Source: Phyllobates terribilis
Taxonomy: Eukaryota
DNA: 64,000 bases
Assembly (NCBI RefSeq): GCF_046119375.1
Contig: NW_027362765.1
Span: forward strand, 184,202,001 to 184,266,000
Reading direction: 5' to 3'
A program made the translations under genes and the position numbers. Shown piece by piece: positions 24,320-38,660 of the stretch (position 1 is the first letter of the stretch; every line of letters starts with the position of its first letter). The notes below the pieces were generated by a model that was given only the letters and a program-made list of their open reading frames with translations, did not search any database and was not told the origin of the DNA.

Positions 24320-25140
24320 TGTCACGCAAGGTGTGGGAAAGACTTAGTGCAACACAAAGGGAAAAGGGAAAGAGAGCCCAGACTCTAGGGAAAGGGGGGA
24401 AGTGGAGACCTCCTAGGTTGATCTAGCGTTTGTCTCCCCTAACGTCCATGTATTGGCTCTTCACCAATCGCTGCACATGTGCCTCACCCTGTCTTTCCCT
24501 GGCATATGGCTAAGGCTAGGGAAGGGAGGAGATGAGCACTAGTCGATCTCCACTAAACACTATAGACAGCAAGGGTAAACAAACAGGGGGAAATAGCTTA
24601 GCTTTAGACGACTCCAGACAAATGCGCATAGGTCCTCAAGCTCCAGAGAGGAATAAGTACTTCTCTAGCTAAAACTTTCACAAGTAGTAATGAATATCGC
24701 TGGCACCTCCCTCTGAAACACAGCAGGTATTTATACACCCAGGCAGGGTATTAATTAGCCAGAGAAAGGTAGCCGCTGGGTCTTAGAGAAAGCCTCTAAG
24801 AAGATGTCTGTAATGCCAAACGTAGAGATCTCCTGCAACCAACTCCAGGGCGACTGTCTGTCACTTCTGACACACCCATGACAGTACTCCCCCTCTACGA
24901 GTGGCCTCCGGACACTCAGGACCGGGTTTCTCAGGATAAGAGGTGTGGAATGAGCGAACCAACTTAGGAGCATTCACCTCTGATGCTGAAACCCACATTC
25001 TCTCCTTTGGACCATAGCCTTTCCAGTGCACCAAGTATTGTAGAGAACGACGTTGGAGATGAGAATCTACAATCCTCGTAATCTGGAACTCCAGATTACC
25101 CTCAACCATTACTGGGGGCGGTGGTAGAGGTGAGGGCCTT
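24320..25140 (-). mobile_element. 3' end of a chromovirus-type Gypsy retrotransposon: chromodomain, PPT and 3' LTR (24320-24883)
   Basis: Minus-strand ORF ...FQITRIVDSHLQRRSLQYLVHWKGYGPKERMWV... (chromodomain), purine tract AGAGGGGGAGTAC adjoining the LTR, and LTR ends TG...CA. Confidence 0.88.
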
Positions 25141-25289
25141 TCAGTGTTTTCCATTCCCCCATTTTTTTGGAGATTTTCCCTTGTCTAATTTTAATGCGTC
25201 TTTTATTTTTGAACTGAATAAATAAAATTTTAATTTTGTTATCTTGTCAGAATCTCTTCTTGTCTGGCGGTTATGTGCCGCGACAGACC

Positions 25290-28200
25290 TCTTTTGTGTT
25301 ATTATAGTTTGGAAGCTGTCTGACCTCATGGTTTTGGACTACATTTGAATTAATTGGTTTTCGAGGAGTATCTGGGATAGGTGGTAATGTTACTGAAAGC
25401 TCTACTGAACAATCACCGGCTTGTCCTATCCAAAGACAACAGACAACTTCTGTTACTGCACGGGCTACTCGACTCCCTTTCTTTGGCAGCCGCACATTGG
25501 TACTCCTTGTAAATGAGGGCCAGAAAGAGCATGTGCGCCAGTGGTTGGCTTGAGGTGGCAGTCCTCAGTCCTCAGAGGTGGCACCCCAATTACCCTTGTT
25601 TCCCCCCCGTGTCACAACTGTTAGAACCCTCCTGTTTGTTTTTTCCATCTTGTGTTTTGCGATCACGTGACCATCTGCCTTTATATTCCAGCTCCGCCCT
25701 TTTGGCTATGCTGGACTTCAGTGTTGTTTTGACTCTTTCTCTAGCCAGGTGCTTTCGTGCCTTTCTCTGTCAGTTCGCTTGGTCCTTCTGGGACCTCTAG
25801 TACCTTTTTGTCAGTTTGTCTTTTTGTGTTCTGCAACAACTTCTCTGTTTAGGAAGTGTCCCATTTTTGTCCCAGTCCTTAGTTCTTTTAGGGACCCCTC
25901 CCCTTTGCTATAGGTCTTCGTTCAGACTAGCCGAGGACTAAGGTGGGTCTGTTCGCTAGGAACAGTCAGCCCCCTACATCGTAGGGATTCAGCTTAGTCT
26001 TACTGTAGGGACAGCTTTTCCCTATCTTTCCTTAGTACTTGTTGCAGATCATAACAACAACTCTCCAACTGGCCAACTGACTATGGGGAACCACAGATGG
26101 GCGAGTCTGCAGAGCTGATCACACATTCTATTCCATGGGCATCAGAGGTCTGCTACAAAGATTCCCAGACTCAAGAGAAGGAAAACATTTCAGTTGGATC
26201 TGGGGCCGGACGAAGTAGGGTCTGAGCAGAATCCAGACCCTCGTCACCAGACATTAACTCCCAGGTGTGGAGGTGATCCTGATGAGACTGAGATACCTGA
26301 ACCACCTACGGACTGTATTGTGCTGTCAGGGTAGGAAGAGGAGGAGGGTGACTCTCAGGGTGAGGAGCTGGAGAACAGGGAGGATGACTATAAAGTTGTA
26401 GATCTCACTTGGTGTGAACCCAGAGGCACGCAGCTAAGTAGCTCAGCAGAGGAGGTGGAGAAGGAGGAAGACAAGGAGGTTACTTTGTGGATTCCCACAC
26501 AGACACAGAGTGATGCAACCACGACAAGCACTGGATCCTCAGCCACAACTCTGGCTGTGGCCAGCAGCACTCGCGGGTCTGCAGTCCGCAGGGGTGGCAA
26601 GGGTTTCCTAGCCTGGGCCTTTTTTGAGACAGCAAAGGATGACCCAACTCACGTTATCTGCCAACTTTGTAAAAACTCACTCAGTAGAGGCAAAAATTGC
26701 AATAATTTGATTACTACATGAATGGCCTGGCACATGTGCGATCAACATACATTAGTCTGGGAATCTCACTGGCTAAAATGCGGACTAACGGGCCTTTCCA
26801 ACCACCAGCTGCCCCATCAACCGCATTTGCTGCTTCTTCCTCCTTCATCACTGTGGCTACTGTTCTCACATAGCTCTCCAGCCACAGAACCTGCACTTGT
26901 TACGGAAATGGACATGCCTGCTGTTTTTGACACTGAGCACACCACATCTTTCTCAATCCACCATAACATCTCCACCTGCACCTCACTCACAGTCCAACAG
27001 TTTGTCATGTTCACCCTACTCCACCCTCTGTCAGCACAGCAACCAGTCCTCGGTCCTGCAGTTGTGGTCATGTAAAAGATTGTTTCCTCCTACACATGCC
27101 AAGGGTAAGAAACACACGCTTGTAGACAATCTTAAGAGTGGTTTTCACCAAGACAGCAGTGAGTCATACAGTGTGCATTACAGTTGTAGACTTCCAACCC
27201 CGGGAACGTCGAGTCGTCAACGCAAAAACATTAGCAGCAGTGTAAGTGGCAGAAGCAATTTCTTTGAGTCGTTTCACACATTTTTTAGACCAGCCCGTGC
27301 ACCAGCAGAACAGAGTACAAGTCTGACACATAGTGAACGACTGGAGAGGATTGTGCAGGAGTATCTTGAGCTCAATATCAATGCCATCAGGTGGGGTTTG
27401 GACCCTTTTGCACTTTGGTCTTCAAAAATAGAAGAGTGGCCTGAACTCGCCTGTCACGCCTTGGAGGTGTTGTCATGCCCGGCAGCCAGCATTCTCTCAG
27501 AACGTGTCTTCAGTGCTGCTGGGGGTGTCCTGACGGATAAGCACATCCGGCTGTACCCTGAAAGTGTAGACCTTCTAACTTTTATCAAGATAAACAAGTC
27601 ATGGTTCTCCAGTGACTCTTCCACCCCAGTCGCAGACTGGGCAGACAAGGCGATAGTGTAGTTTTTTGTGTGCTGCATTGATCTTGCGTTATTGCAGTTT
27701 GTGACACCTTTATCGTAGTTTTGGTGCCTCCTTTTGCTACTGCTGCTGATGTTACTAACAAGTTTTTGAAATGTGGAGACTCCAAGTTGGGTATCCATCT
27801 GGTGGGTGGCCTGTAGTGGAAGGGGTGTCAGAGCCCCATTATACTATTTCTACTCTGGGGAAATTGATGCCACTTTAGTGGTGTCAACCCCTAATTTTTG
27901 GAAATGTTTGGACTCCAAGTTGGGTATCCTTCATGTGTGTTGCCTGTAGCAGTAGGGCTCCCAGACCGGCAGGCCTGCATTTACTTTCAGTCAACTACCT
28001 GTGTTACTATCCTTAAATTTTTCGAACAATAGTAGTCTACGGAACTGATATTTGTGCCACCTAAGTGTGCCTGAGCAGAAAACCAGTTTGAGCTGTTTCA
28101 TGAGGTATCAGGGCTCCCAGCACAGCAGGCCTACACTGGGTCCTCACCCACCTCTTAATTTGAACTTAAATTCAAAGCTGTAAATGCTGGCCCAGACCTT

Positions 28201-28678
28201 GTCTCATACATGGCCCATGCCTGACTGCTGCTGTGCCATTATAAAATTTCTACTGTGAGTCAATTGATACCACTATTCCTGGTGTCTGCCCCTAATTTTT
28301 GGAAATGTTTGGATTCCAATTTGGGTCTCCGTCATGTGTGTTGCCTGAATTTGGCAGGGCTCTTAGAGCACTGGGCCTACACCTGTCACTCATCCACCTG
28401 TTACTGATCAATGTTTAAGCTAGAAATGCTGTTCCAAGCCCTGTCCCATGCATCCATGCTGCACAATTATACTCTTTTTACTCTGGGTCAATTGATGCCC
28501 CTTTTCCTGGTGTCTGTCCCTAATTTGAGCTGTTTTGGCAGATTTTGGGCCCCCCTGAAGGTGTTGTATATGCATTTGGTTTTGCCTTCCATTCAATTCA
28601 ATGGGATTCGGATATGTTTGGCAAACATCGGGAAGTTTGCCAATCAGAACCGAACCTTGAAAGGTTCGCTCATCTCTA
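25290..28678 (+). mobile_element. Internally deleted hAT element related to the 39-60 kb family; left end missing
   Basis: zf-BED remnant AWAFFETAKDDPTHVICQLC and dimerisation domain WPELACHALEVLSCPAASILSERVFSAAGG. Sequence jumps from KRLFPPTHAK directly to LVDNL, so the DDE core is absent. Right end ...GGTTCGCTCATCTCTA at 28678. Confidence 0.88.
25619..26056. mobile_element. Solo LTR (438 bp) inserted in the hAT N-terminal coding region
   Basis: TGTTAG...ATAACA ends and 5-bp TSD ACAAC at 25614-25618 and 26057-26061. hAT homology resumes on both sides. Confidence 0.8.
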
Positions 28679-28759
28679 GTCATGATGAGATTGAATAATT
28701 CTGAGACTGTAGTAGTCAATTTGTGATGAATTTGTTGAAACCACTTGTTATATTAGTTG

Positions 28760-29026
28760 TAGTGTTGAGCGAGCATGTTCTGTTAACCCTTTCGCTGAGT
28801 ATGCTCGGTGATATGGTTGAATCGCTCCCGTGTGCATGATTTGCGACTGACAGTTTTATTACATGTGAGGAATGTCTATTTCTTACACATTCCTCACATG
28901 TAATAAAGCTGTCAAACAGTTGCAAATCATGCACATGGGAGCGATTCAAACATATCACTGAGCAGCTGTAACTACTCGGTGCTCGGCCGGAGCATACTCG
29001 GAATAGAACATACTCGCTCAATACTA
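28760..29026. mobile_element. hAT MITE (267 bp)
   Basis: TIR TAGTGTTGAGCGAGCATGTTCT / AGAACATACTCGCTCAATACTA. Perfect 8-bp TSD ATTAGTTG at 28752-28759 and 29027-29034. Confidence 0.92.
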
Positions 29027-29751
29027 ATTAGTTGTACTGAGCTATTTAAATTATTTATGTCACAATGAATGCCATAAAAACAAAGCGCAAAAAACAATGA
29101 TGGAATGGCTCTTTTTCACAATTTCACAGCACTTGTTTTTTTTTCCACGTTTTCCTATACATTGTGTGACAAAATGAAAGGTGTAATTCAAACCTACAAC
29201 TGGTCTTATCAGAACACAAGCCCTCATATTTCTATATCGATGGAAAAATAAAAAAAAGTTAGCACAAAAGGAGGAAAGACGAAAAAGCAAAAATTCCCGG
29301 GTACTTAAGGAGCGCAGTAAAACCATATTAACGATGGGAAAGTGTTTCTTAAATATGGTACACATCACTTTTTTCATGTAAAAAAATAGATATTGGGATT
29401 TTCTTGAGTCCTATCTAAATTCATCTGTTTTCTGTTTATTTGGGTGTTTAACCACACATCTCCATATTGTTCCTTTTTTTAGAGGATTAAAAGTGGTTTT
29501 GCTTGAACTCTTATCAGTTGGAAACAAGACAGAACTGTAAAGTGTGCACTTTGCAAATAAGTTTTACATAACTGTCTTATGTGTTTGGAATTTGCATCGT
29601 TATATATGTTATAATCCAGCTTTGCATGGAAATGTTTTGTGGCTGTTACAACAACTGAATCTACATATATAGTATTTCTCATTCTTACTTAAAGGGATTG
29701 GGAGTGATGTCTAAAATAACAAACTGACTTTAACTTCCATGGATTCTACCT

Positions 29752-30003
29752 GGGCAGCATGGTGGCTCAGTGGTTAGCACTGTTGCTTTACAGCACTGGG
29801 GTCCTGGGTTCAAATCCCACCAAGGACAACATCTGCAAGGAGTTTGTGTGTTCTCCCCATGTTTGTGTGGGTTTCCTCCCACACTCCAAAGACATACTGA
29901 TAGGGAATGTAGATTGTGAGCCCCGATGGGGACAGCCATGATAATGTCTGTAAAGTGCTGTGGAATATGTTGGTGCTATATAAATAAAAAGATTATTATT
30001 ATT
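29752..30003 (+). mobile_element. tRNA-derived SINE (V-SINE-like) with an L2-type tail
   Basis: A-box TGGCTCAGTGG, B-box GGTTCAAATCC, central CTGCAAGGAGTTTGTGTGTTCTCCCC...GGGTTTCCTCC, and tail TGTAAAGTGCTG...TATATAAATAAA followed by (ATT)n. Confidence 0.88.
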
Positions 30004-30612
30004 ACCTGTCCTCTGCTGTCACTTGTATTTCATTGGCTGCAGTGGTGGCATCACATTGACAGTGCTGCAGCCTATCACTCAGAAGAGTGGCTCACCTAAT
30101 GTAGACGATATGAGCTCAGTGATTGGCTGCAGTACTGTCATCGTGCATCACTATTTCAGCCAATTATCAAAGACTGGGGCAGCAGCGAAGAGGCAGCATT
30201 GGACCTTAGGTTGTTATTTTGTACTTCACAGGGCCTGAGGGCAAAAAATATGAAATATGAAAAAATTACTTTTTTTTTTTTCAGACCAAGGATATTTATG
30301 ACATACTTTTCTGATCAATGCAGGATACACCACTGGGACCAAAACTTGATAGTAGAATGCAATTCAAATCAACTTTTAAAACCGCTCTCCCATTGGGTAT
30401 CTTCATATTCGGCAAGGCAGTTAAGAGGTAGAACAAACGAAGAATATCTCACCGGCACTGCAAGCTCCAAGTGTCAGCAACTTCACAGGACAGAGGAAAA
30501 TCACAGAATCCATGGATCATCAAACCATCCCCCAATGCAGGCAGCAAGATGCACTGGCAGTGGTGCTCAGTTTACAGAAAGCAATGACTATAATCAGTTT
30601 ACGGAAAGCAAT

Positions 30613-31199
30613 AATCCAAAAAGAGAAAATTAGCACCCAAAACCACATAGGTGCTATTCTTTTATTCCAGAATGAGTAGACAAAGCAGGGTAGACAGAGT
30701 CCCAGTTGGTCAACGCTGTTTCGCCTGAACAAACGCTTTCTCAAGGCCGCATGGGAAAACTATACCTCCATCCAGCGTTAAGTAGCAAGAGAAAAAATAT
30801 CACGTGACATACATATAAATGTACCAACAAATAAGCTCATTATGCAACCAAAACAATAAAAACCTCAAAACATACATCAAAAAGAAAAGGATACTAAACA
30901 CAGCTATATTAGCACAATAAAAATACAGAAAAATCTTTTTTTTTTTCATTTAGACCTAAGGCTGTATAATGAGTTTATTTGTTTGTACATTTATATGTAT
31001 GTCATGTGATTTTTTTCCACTTGCTATTTAACACAGGGTGGGGGTGTAGTTTTCTCATGAGGCCTTGAGAAAGAGTGTGTTCACGCGAAATGATGCTGGC
31101 CGACTGGGACTCTGTCTGCCCTGCTTTGTCTATTCATGCCGGAATAAAAGATTAGCACTTATGTGGTAAGGAGTGCCGCTACTTTTCTCCTTTTGGATT
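30613..31199. repeat. Inverted pair of ~235-bp arms resembling Penelope-like terminal repeats
   Basis: 30613-30849 is the diverged reverse complement of 30960-31199. Each arm carries a CCTTGAGAAAG...CGAAA hammerhead-like variant. Confidence 0.65.
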
Positions 31200-31406
31200 A
31201 TGAGTTTAAGAGGTAGGTAGCTATGGCCACTTGTACGACAATGATTAGTATGTAGATAGGCTGGGGAAAAAATAGCGCAATAGGGCCTTATCTGATAAAC
31301 ATTCAGAATTAAGAATAGCAGATCATGCTCACCTGATCCATAGAATTGCGCGTTTTAGAATGTTGTTCAGCTGCTGAGGATCCACAGTTTGTCAAACCAC
31401 TTGCAA

Positions 31407-31683
31407 TAGAAACCAGGAAGGATTTGTGGACTTGTTCGTGCTGCTGATTATTGAAGACACCAATTTCAGAAAATGAATTAGATATGCGGTTTTATCCGAC
31501 GCGTTTCGAAGCATAATACACTTCTTCCTCAGGAGAAACCATACAGCTCAGTTATTCTTGAAGAAGAAGTGTATTATACTTAAAACTGCTTCTAATAAAA
31601 CCACATGTCTGAGTAATTTTCTGAAATTCGCGTCTTCAATAATCAGCAGCGCGAATAAGTCTACAAATCCTTCCTGGTTTCTA
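31407..31683. repeat. Second inverted pair (~135-bp arms, short loop) of Penelope-like terminal repeats
   Basis: TAGAAACCAGGAAGGATTTGTGGAC... is mirrored by ...GTCTACAAATCCTTCCTGGTTTCTA. Confidence 0.75.
31488..31540 (-). ncRNA. Minimal type I hammerhead ribozyme
   Basis: The minus strand reads GGUUUCUC-CUGAGGA-AGAAG uguauuaug CUUC-GAAAC-GC-GUC-GGAUAAAACC. This gives a CUGANGA box, stem II, a GAAA box, a very short palindromic stem III and a GUC cleavage triplet. Confidence 0.72.
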
Positions 31684-34600
31684 ATGATTCCTAGGGGTAG
31701 ACCTAGGTACAGTACAGATGGATTACAATGTAATCAAAACGGCATCTTTGGGGGCTTACGTATTTTGATCACACTTTATCATAGCTAGGAGTGAAAGACA
31801 AACTAGCTCAAAATGCGTCAGCCTTCATTGATGTCTAGAATTTCTTTGCATCATTGTGCACCAGAGAAGTGTGATATTTTTTTTATACCAAGCACAAGTG
31901 GCACATAGGTTTAAGGAGGTATCTGAAAGGATATGGCTTAGCATATGCACTGAAACCTTTGGGCACCTAAACCACTGCTAAAAGTCAAGTTTTTACTCAC
32001 ACTTTAGTCAAACTGCCTGGCACACCCTGTATATGATTCATGTAAAGACCTCAAGATGGCTTGAAAAAAGCTAATTATAATAAAGGGTGCGTTTAACCAC
32101 TTCTGTAACACTTGTTGTCTAGTTTGCACATCTTGAGATAATGCTGTAAGGGTATTCATGTAATGTCTCATAGAAGCACAGCTGTGAAAACAATTACTTT
32201 ATGGTTATTAAGCCTGATGTATCATGGTGCCTACCTATAAGATGCGTGGGTACAGCTAAGTATATTTTTTGCTTAAGCTTAAATAGAAAAGTGTAATCTA
32301 ATTGCACTTCTGTATATAGAGCCTTCAATTAAGTGTCATCAGTGGTGACGGATATGATGGAGGCAGCTGTGGTATGTGTCAGTCAAGGACCTGTTAGTAA
32401 AGGTTTTATTGCTACATCTATAAAGAGATGAATATGAAGGAAAACTCCTGGATTATGTTCACATGTCCAGTAGTTATCTCCATTTCTGGATCATATTTGG
32501 AACAGCATGGTATAGAGAAGGAGAAGCCGAGCAGAATAATATATAGGTTTGTTGGAAAAGATTCAGTATAACTTGTATTATATTCATTGCAATCCCTCAG
32601 TTAATGTGTATATGAGTCCAGTGGGTGGTCCTAGTAGAGATCAACAGCTGTCTCTGCATGCACAGTCATGCAGGAAAGACTGTCAATCACTGAATAGGAC
32701 CACCCACCGGACTCATATGCATACAAACAGAGGGATTGCAATGAATGAAATGCAAGTTTTGCTGAGACTTTCCCCACAGAAATGTATATGAATCTGATCA
32801 GCTTCTCCTCTCGGTTACATCCTGCCTACACATCAGATACCATTTTCAACATGAACACAAAGTACAAGGTTCACCAGCTCCTGTAGATTGGATATGAAGA
32901 TCCTCAGCATAGAAAGTAAAAAAAAAACCCTGCTTGGCTTAAGATGCAGACAAAGCAAGCAAAGGTTCCATTATATTGCATTATGGGAAAAAACTATGCA
33001 TTTCAGAAAATAGACCTATCCTTAGTCATAGTACATACCATGTACAGTTCTGTGTCTGAAAAGCATCAGTTTTTGCCTTGATGCAATATTCTTAATGTAC
33101 CTGAATCCTTTTACGCTATACTAATAAATTGGCGACGTGTACCATGACTAATGATAGTTCTATATCTAAAATGCGTCGGTTTTTGCCTTGATGCAATATT
33201 TTTATGTACCTGTAACCTTTAAAGCTGTTCTAATAAATTGAAGTTCTTTATCTAAACGGCTGGATACCTTAGTTTGCTTTGTCATGATTTTCAGCATGAC
33301 AGTTTCCTTTTAACACATATTTTGGTTTGTGTCACACATATTTCTTTACTCCTTGTTTCCATATGTGGCCCTTCATGGTTTTTCCACCTTCAGACTGAAT
33401 GTACCATGTGCACATTCAAATAAGAAACAAATTGTGCATCCGTTTTTACTCTGTTTGTAAAGTATCCAGTTTTTTAATACAAACAAATGATAACTGGACA
33501 TGTGAACAGAGCCTTAGCAAAAAAAAAAAAGAAGAAAAAACTAAATGTATTGTATAATGACTCTCAATATTGTTTTAAGTATAACGCAAACATAGATTAA
33601 GGTAATATGATAATGATATTAATTTAATAAATAATAATTATTAGTATTATTATTATTATTAATCTCCCTTTCACCTTCCTACATATAATTTCCAGTATTA
33701 ACTAACCCTTCTTTCTCTGCTTTCTTTTAGTCAGAACCTCATACAGCCATCTCCAAGATTTATTCTGCATTTCCTCCAGAAGCCGACACAGACAGACAGA
33801 AGAAGGCCATTGTGCTAGAACAGTGTATGTGTAACAGAATGAAAGAGTGATCATCAACCCCGGAAGATGTTATAATAAATGTAATGCACTCCTGTGAAAA
33901 ACTAAAGCATTAATATTTCCAAATTCATTTTGAAATAGTAAGGTTTTGGGAGGATGGAGAGGAGGCTTTACACCAAGTTTCTAAATTTTCCCTCCATTAG
34001 GAAAAGTCATTTCATGGGGTTGAAATTTGGGGTCCTTTTTGTGTTTCCTCCCAAAAATGAGGGTTGGGGTGCCAGTAGAGCCACAAAAATGTGGGGCATG
34101 TCTTACTAAAGCATTACACACCAGAATCCATGCTGACTGTGTCCAAAATGCCCCAACCCACCACTTTTACGAGGGAGGGTGTTAAGGATGTTTTTACCCC
34201 TTGGTGGATTTTGACAGGTAATCTGATGATGCAAATTGGTTAGTAGATGTGAGGAGATGAACATAATGTTTGCCTATTTGCATAACATGACATTTTAGGG
34301 GGTACACATGCTCTACCCCTGAAAATGGGGATAAACATTACGATTTCTTGAGAAGCTTCCAGACATTTTGAGCATCTTTGAAAGCATATTGATTCAACCA
34401 AGGTTAGCATTACCGCCCCTTTTTCAACCCTTTGGGGAGGATTTTAGTTTAGGGGTGCATCGGAGGGGTAGTTTTTATCGTAGGCGGTTGAACTTGACAG
34501 GATCACAAATGATATGCAATCGACCATCACTGATGATATTTTCAAAATCCATTAAATTATATATTTAATCGCCATAAGGGCTCCCTAAACAATCTACTAT

Positions 34601-35139
34601 ATACACAATTTTATACATATACAGTGGTCAGAGTTACAAATACAAAAAGCATGGTACATCAAGCATAACAGATCTTAAAGTTAGTTACCAGTAGATGGAA
34701 AGCATGGCTTGGGGGATGGGCAGCCACATGGGGAAGGTATGTGGCCACTGCTTGCCATGCCTGGTTGCTGGACTTCTACACCCCTTGATGTCACCAGCTT
34801 CCCCAGGAAAAGACAATAGGCTTTTGGCTACAGAGACCTTCAAACTCTCTGGGAACTCCCACTCCTGCCCACTCCACCCCTGGCTCAACCCCAAGTCTCC
34901 ACCCCTGTTCCTTCCTAGCTAAGAGACTCCAAGAACTAAAGTGGCCCATACCTCCTTACGGGAAGGTCCCAGGGAACCGGTTCTGGTGTCAACGGACCCG
35001 GCCGGGCCCCTGCTACGTGTGGAAACCAAACTCACTGGTTTTAGGAGGTTCCAAAAGCCTGGGGCGTGTATCTCCTCACCCCTACACGCTAGATTGGGCT
35101 AGGATGCAGTCTGGCATCCGCTATCTCCCCCTGAGCTAG

Positions 35140-35279
35140 AAAGTATTCGATCAGTATTTTTTTTCAGGAGTGGGTGCCAAAACCAGATGAGGAACAATCA
35201 GAGAAAAGGTTTTGGCTCCCACTCCTGCGAAAAAATATTGACCGAATACTGACCAAATACTGATAGTGGGGCCCTGGCC
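35140..35279. mobile_element. Truncated PIF/Harbinger-type MITE
   Basis: Same internal sequence and right end (GATAGTGGGGCCCTGGCC) as 62989-63201. Confidence 0.6.
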
Positions 35280-35827
35280 TTTAAGAAGAATACAGAAAAT
35301 TGGCAGAAGTATTAACAGAAATGTGACTACAGCTTAGTGGGAAGCTGGGAAAGGCCCAAACAGGGGAATAGCTGGGAACAAGGGTGAAACAGAGTTACTG
35401 GTAGTCCTGAGACTGCTGTGGGCTGAAAAAGGTTGCCCTAATACAGTGGCAGATTGCGATTAAATGTGTGTATATATGCATGTAATGTAGGGTGAGTGTA
35501 TTAATATACTCAACTACCGCCACCCTCTCCGAGATCTAGTGTCGTTCTTCTCCTCTTCTCAGTGATGTCATTCGTCTGCAGACTGTCCGAGTCACGCTGT
35601 GCTCTGCGTGACCCAGAAGTGGCTTTTACAATATAAGCCTATAAAGCGTCAGAACAAGGCTCACAGGCTTTCATTGTAAAAGAGATTTACAGCTTACGCA
35701 TAGAGTGAGCCGAATAGTCACAATTACAGTGACATCACTGAGAAGAGGAGCAGAACAGCGCTGGATCCTGGAGAGAGTGTCGGTAGGTGAGTATATTATT
35801 ACAATCACACTACATTATATACATATA

Positions 35828-37457
<1,630 letters not shown>

Positions 37458-38189
37458 TATACATACATTTAATTAAAAAAATATAGATGGTAGTGCTCCT
37501 TTAAGAAGAAATATAAAATGCAGCCATGTATAACCATCTATGTGAAAATTCTGTCAGTGGTATGTGTAACTATCATCCATTCTAATGCAGTTTATGTCTT
37601 TCAAATGTCAACTACCTCAGTAAAAGACTTTTTCTTGTTAACTATAATGGCCTTTCCCGCTCTCTTGTTCGTCCCCTCCACCTCCACCATAATACATCAC
37701 AGGCTGCTGCCACCAGCCTCCAAGGGAGCAGCACCGATGTGAGGGAAGACATTGTCACCACATCACGTATGTCACTGGTGTTTAGGGTTTCCAAATTACA
37801 CTCGACTAAAGGAAACCTTACATAAGGTGCTTGCTGCTTTGGAGGTGGAATTGGGACCCTTTACCTTTTTGGTGCACAGGTTGCACCAATGGTGTGTCCA
37901 CCCTTGGTTTCCCTTTTTCTCTAGAACTCACTACGCCAACTGATCAGGTTCTCCTCCACTTTTGAACTTCAACTTTCTACCCTTTTCTACCCTCATCTAC
38001 TATCTCCTTCCCCTTTCCTTGTAGAGGAAGCAATCACTGGCAGGGTGCTCTCTTCCTCTGTACCAGTCTATTACTTATTAATTAGCACTTGTTTTCTACT
38101 ACATGCAATGTATTGTAAATGATTGTTAGTCAGTGTCTTATGTTTGTAGAATCCAACAGTTTTTCATATGTTTTTTTGAAACACACCCC

Positions 38190-38660
38190 ACAACAAAATA
38201 TTAGACCCATTTCCTCTGCAGCCAATTTTCGATTTTTTTTGCTTCTGCTTTTACGTCCCTTTCTTCCAAGAGCCATAACTTTACTATTTTTCCGTCGACC
38301 TAGCCATGTAAGGCATTTTTTTTGCAGGTTGAGCTGTAATTTTGAATGACACCATTCATTATTCTATAGAATGTAGCTGAAAAAGGGGGAAAAAATCCAT
38401 CTGTGGTGAAATTATAAAAAAAAAAAAGCAATTCCACCAATTTTTTGGGGTTTTGTTTTTACAGCGAACATTCTGTTGTAAAAATTACTCTGAATTATGA
38501 TTTTCCATTTGAGTACAATTACATCAAACGGAGAAAAAAAAAATCAGATTTTTGCAAAAAAGAAAATATTTGTTTGTGTCACCATTTTCCGAGACCTGTA
38601 ACATTTTTATCCGCCATCAATTGAGCTTAGTGAAGGCTTGTTTTTTGTGTGATGAGCTGA
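38190..38660. repeat. Fragment of an abundant AT-rich non-autonomous DNA element; a related piece lies inverted at ~29060-29390
   Basis: Resembles internal blocks of frog piggyBac-like non-autonomous repeats from memory. No termini were seen. Confidence 0.35.

Noticed and set aside
33065-33240. Pair of ~65-bp direct repeats
   Set aside because: A small diverged local duplication with no further structure.
34683-35140. LTR- or DIRS-like segment
   Set aside because: No TG...CA ends, TSD or coding motif could be established.
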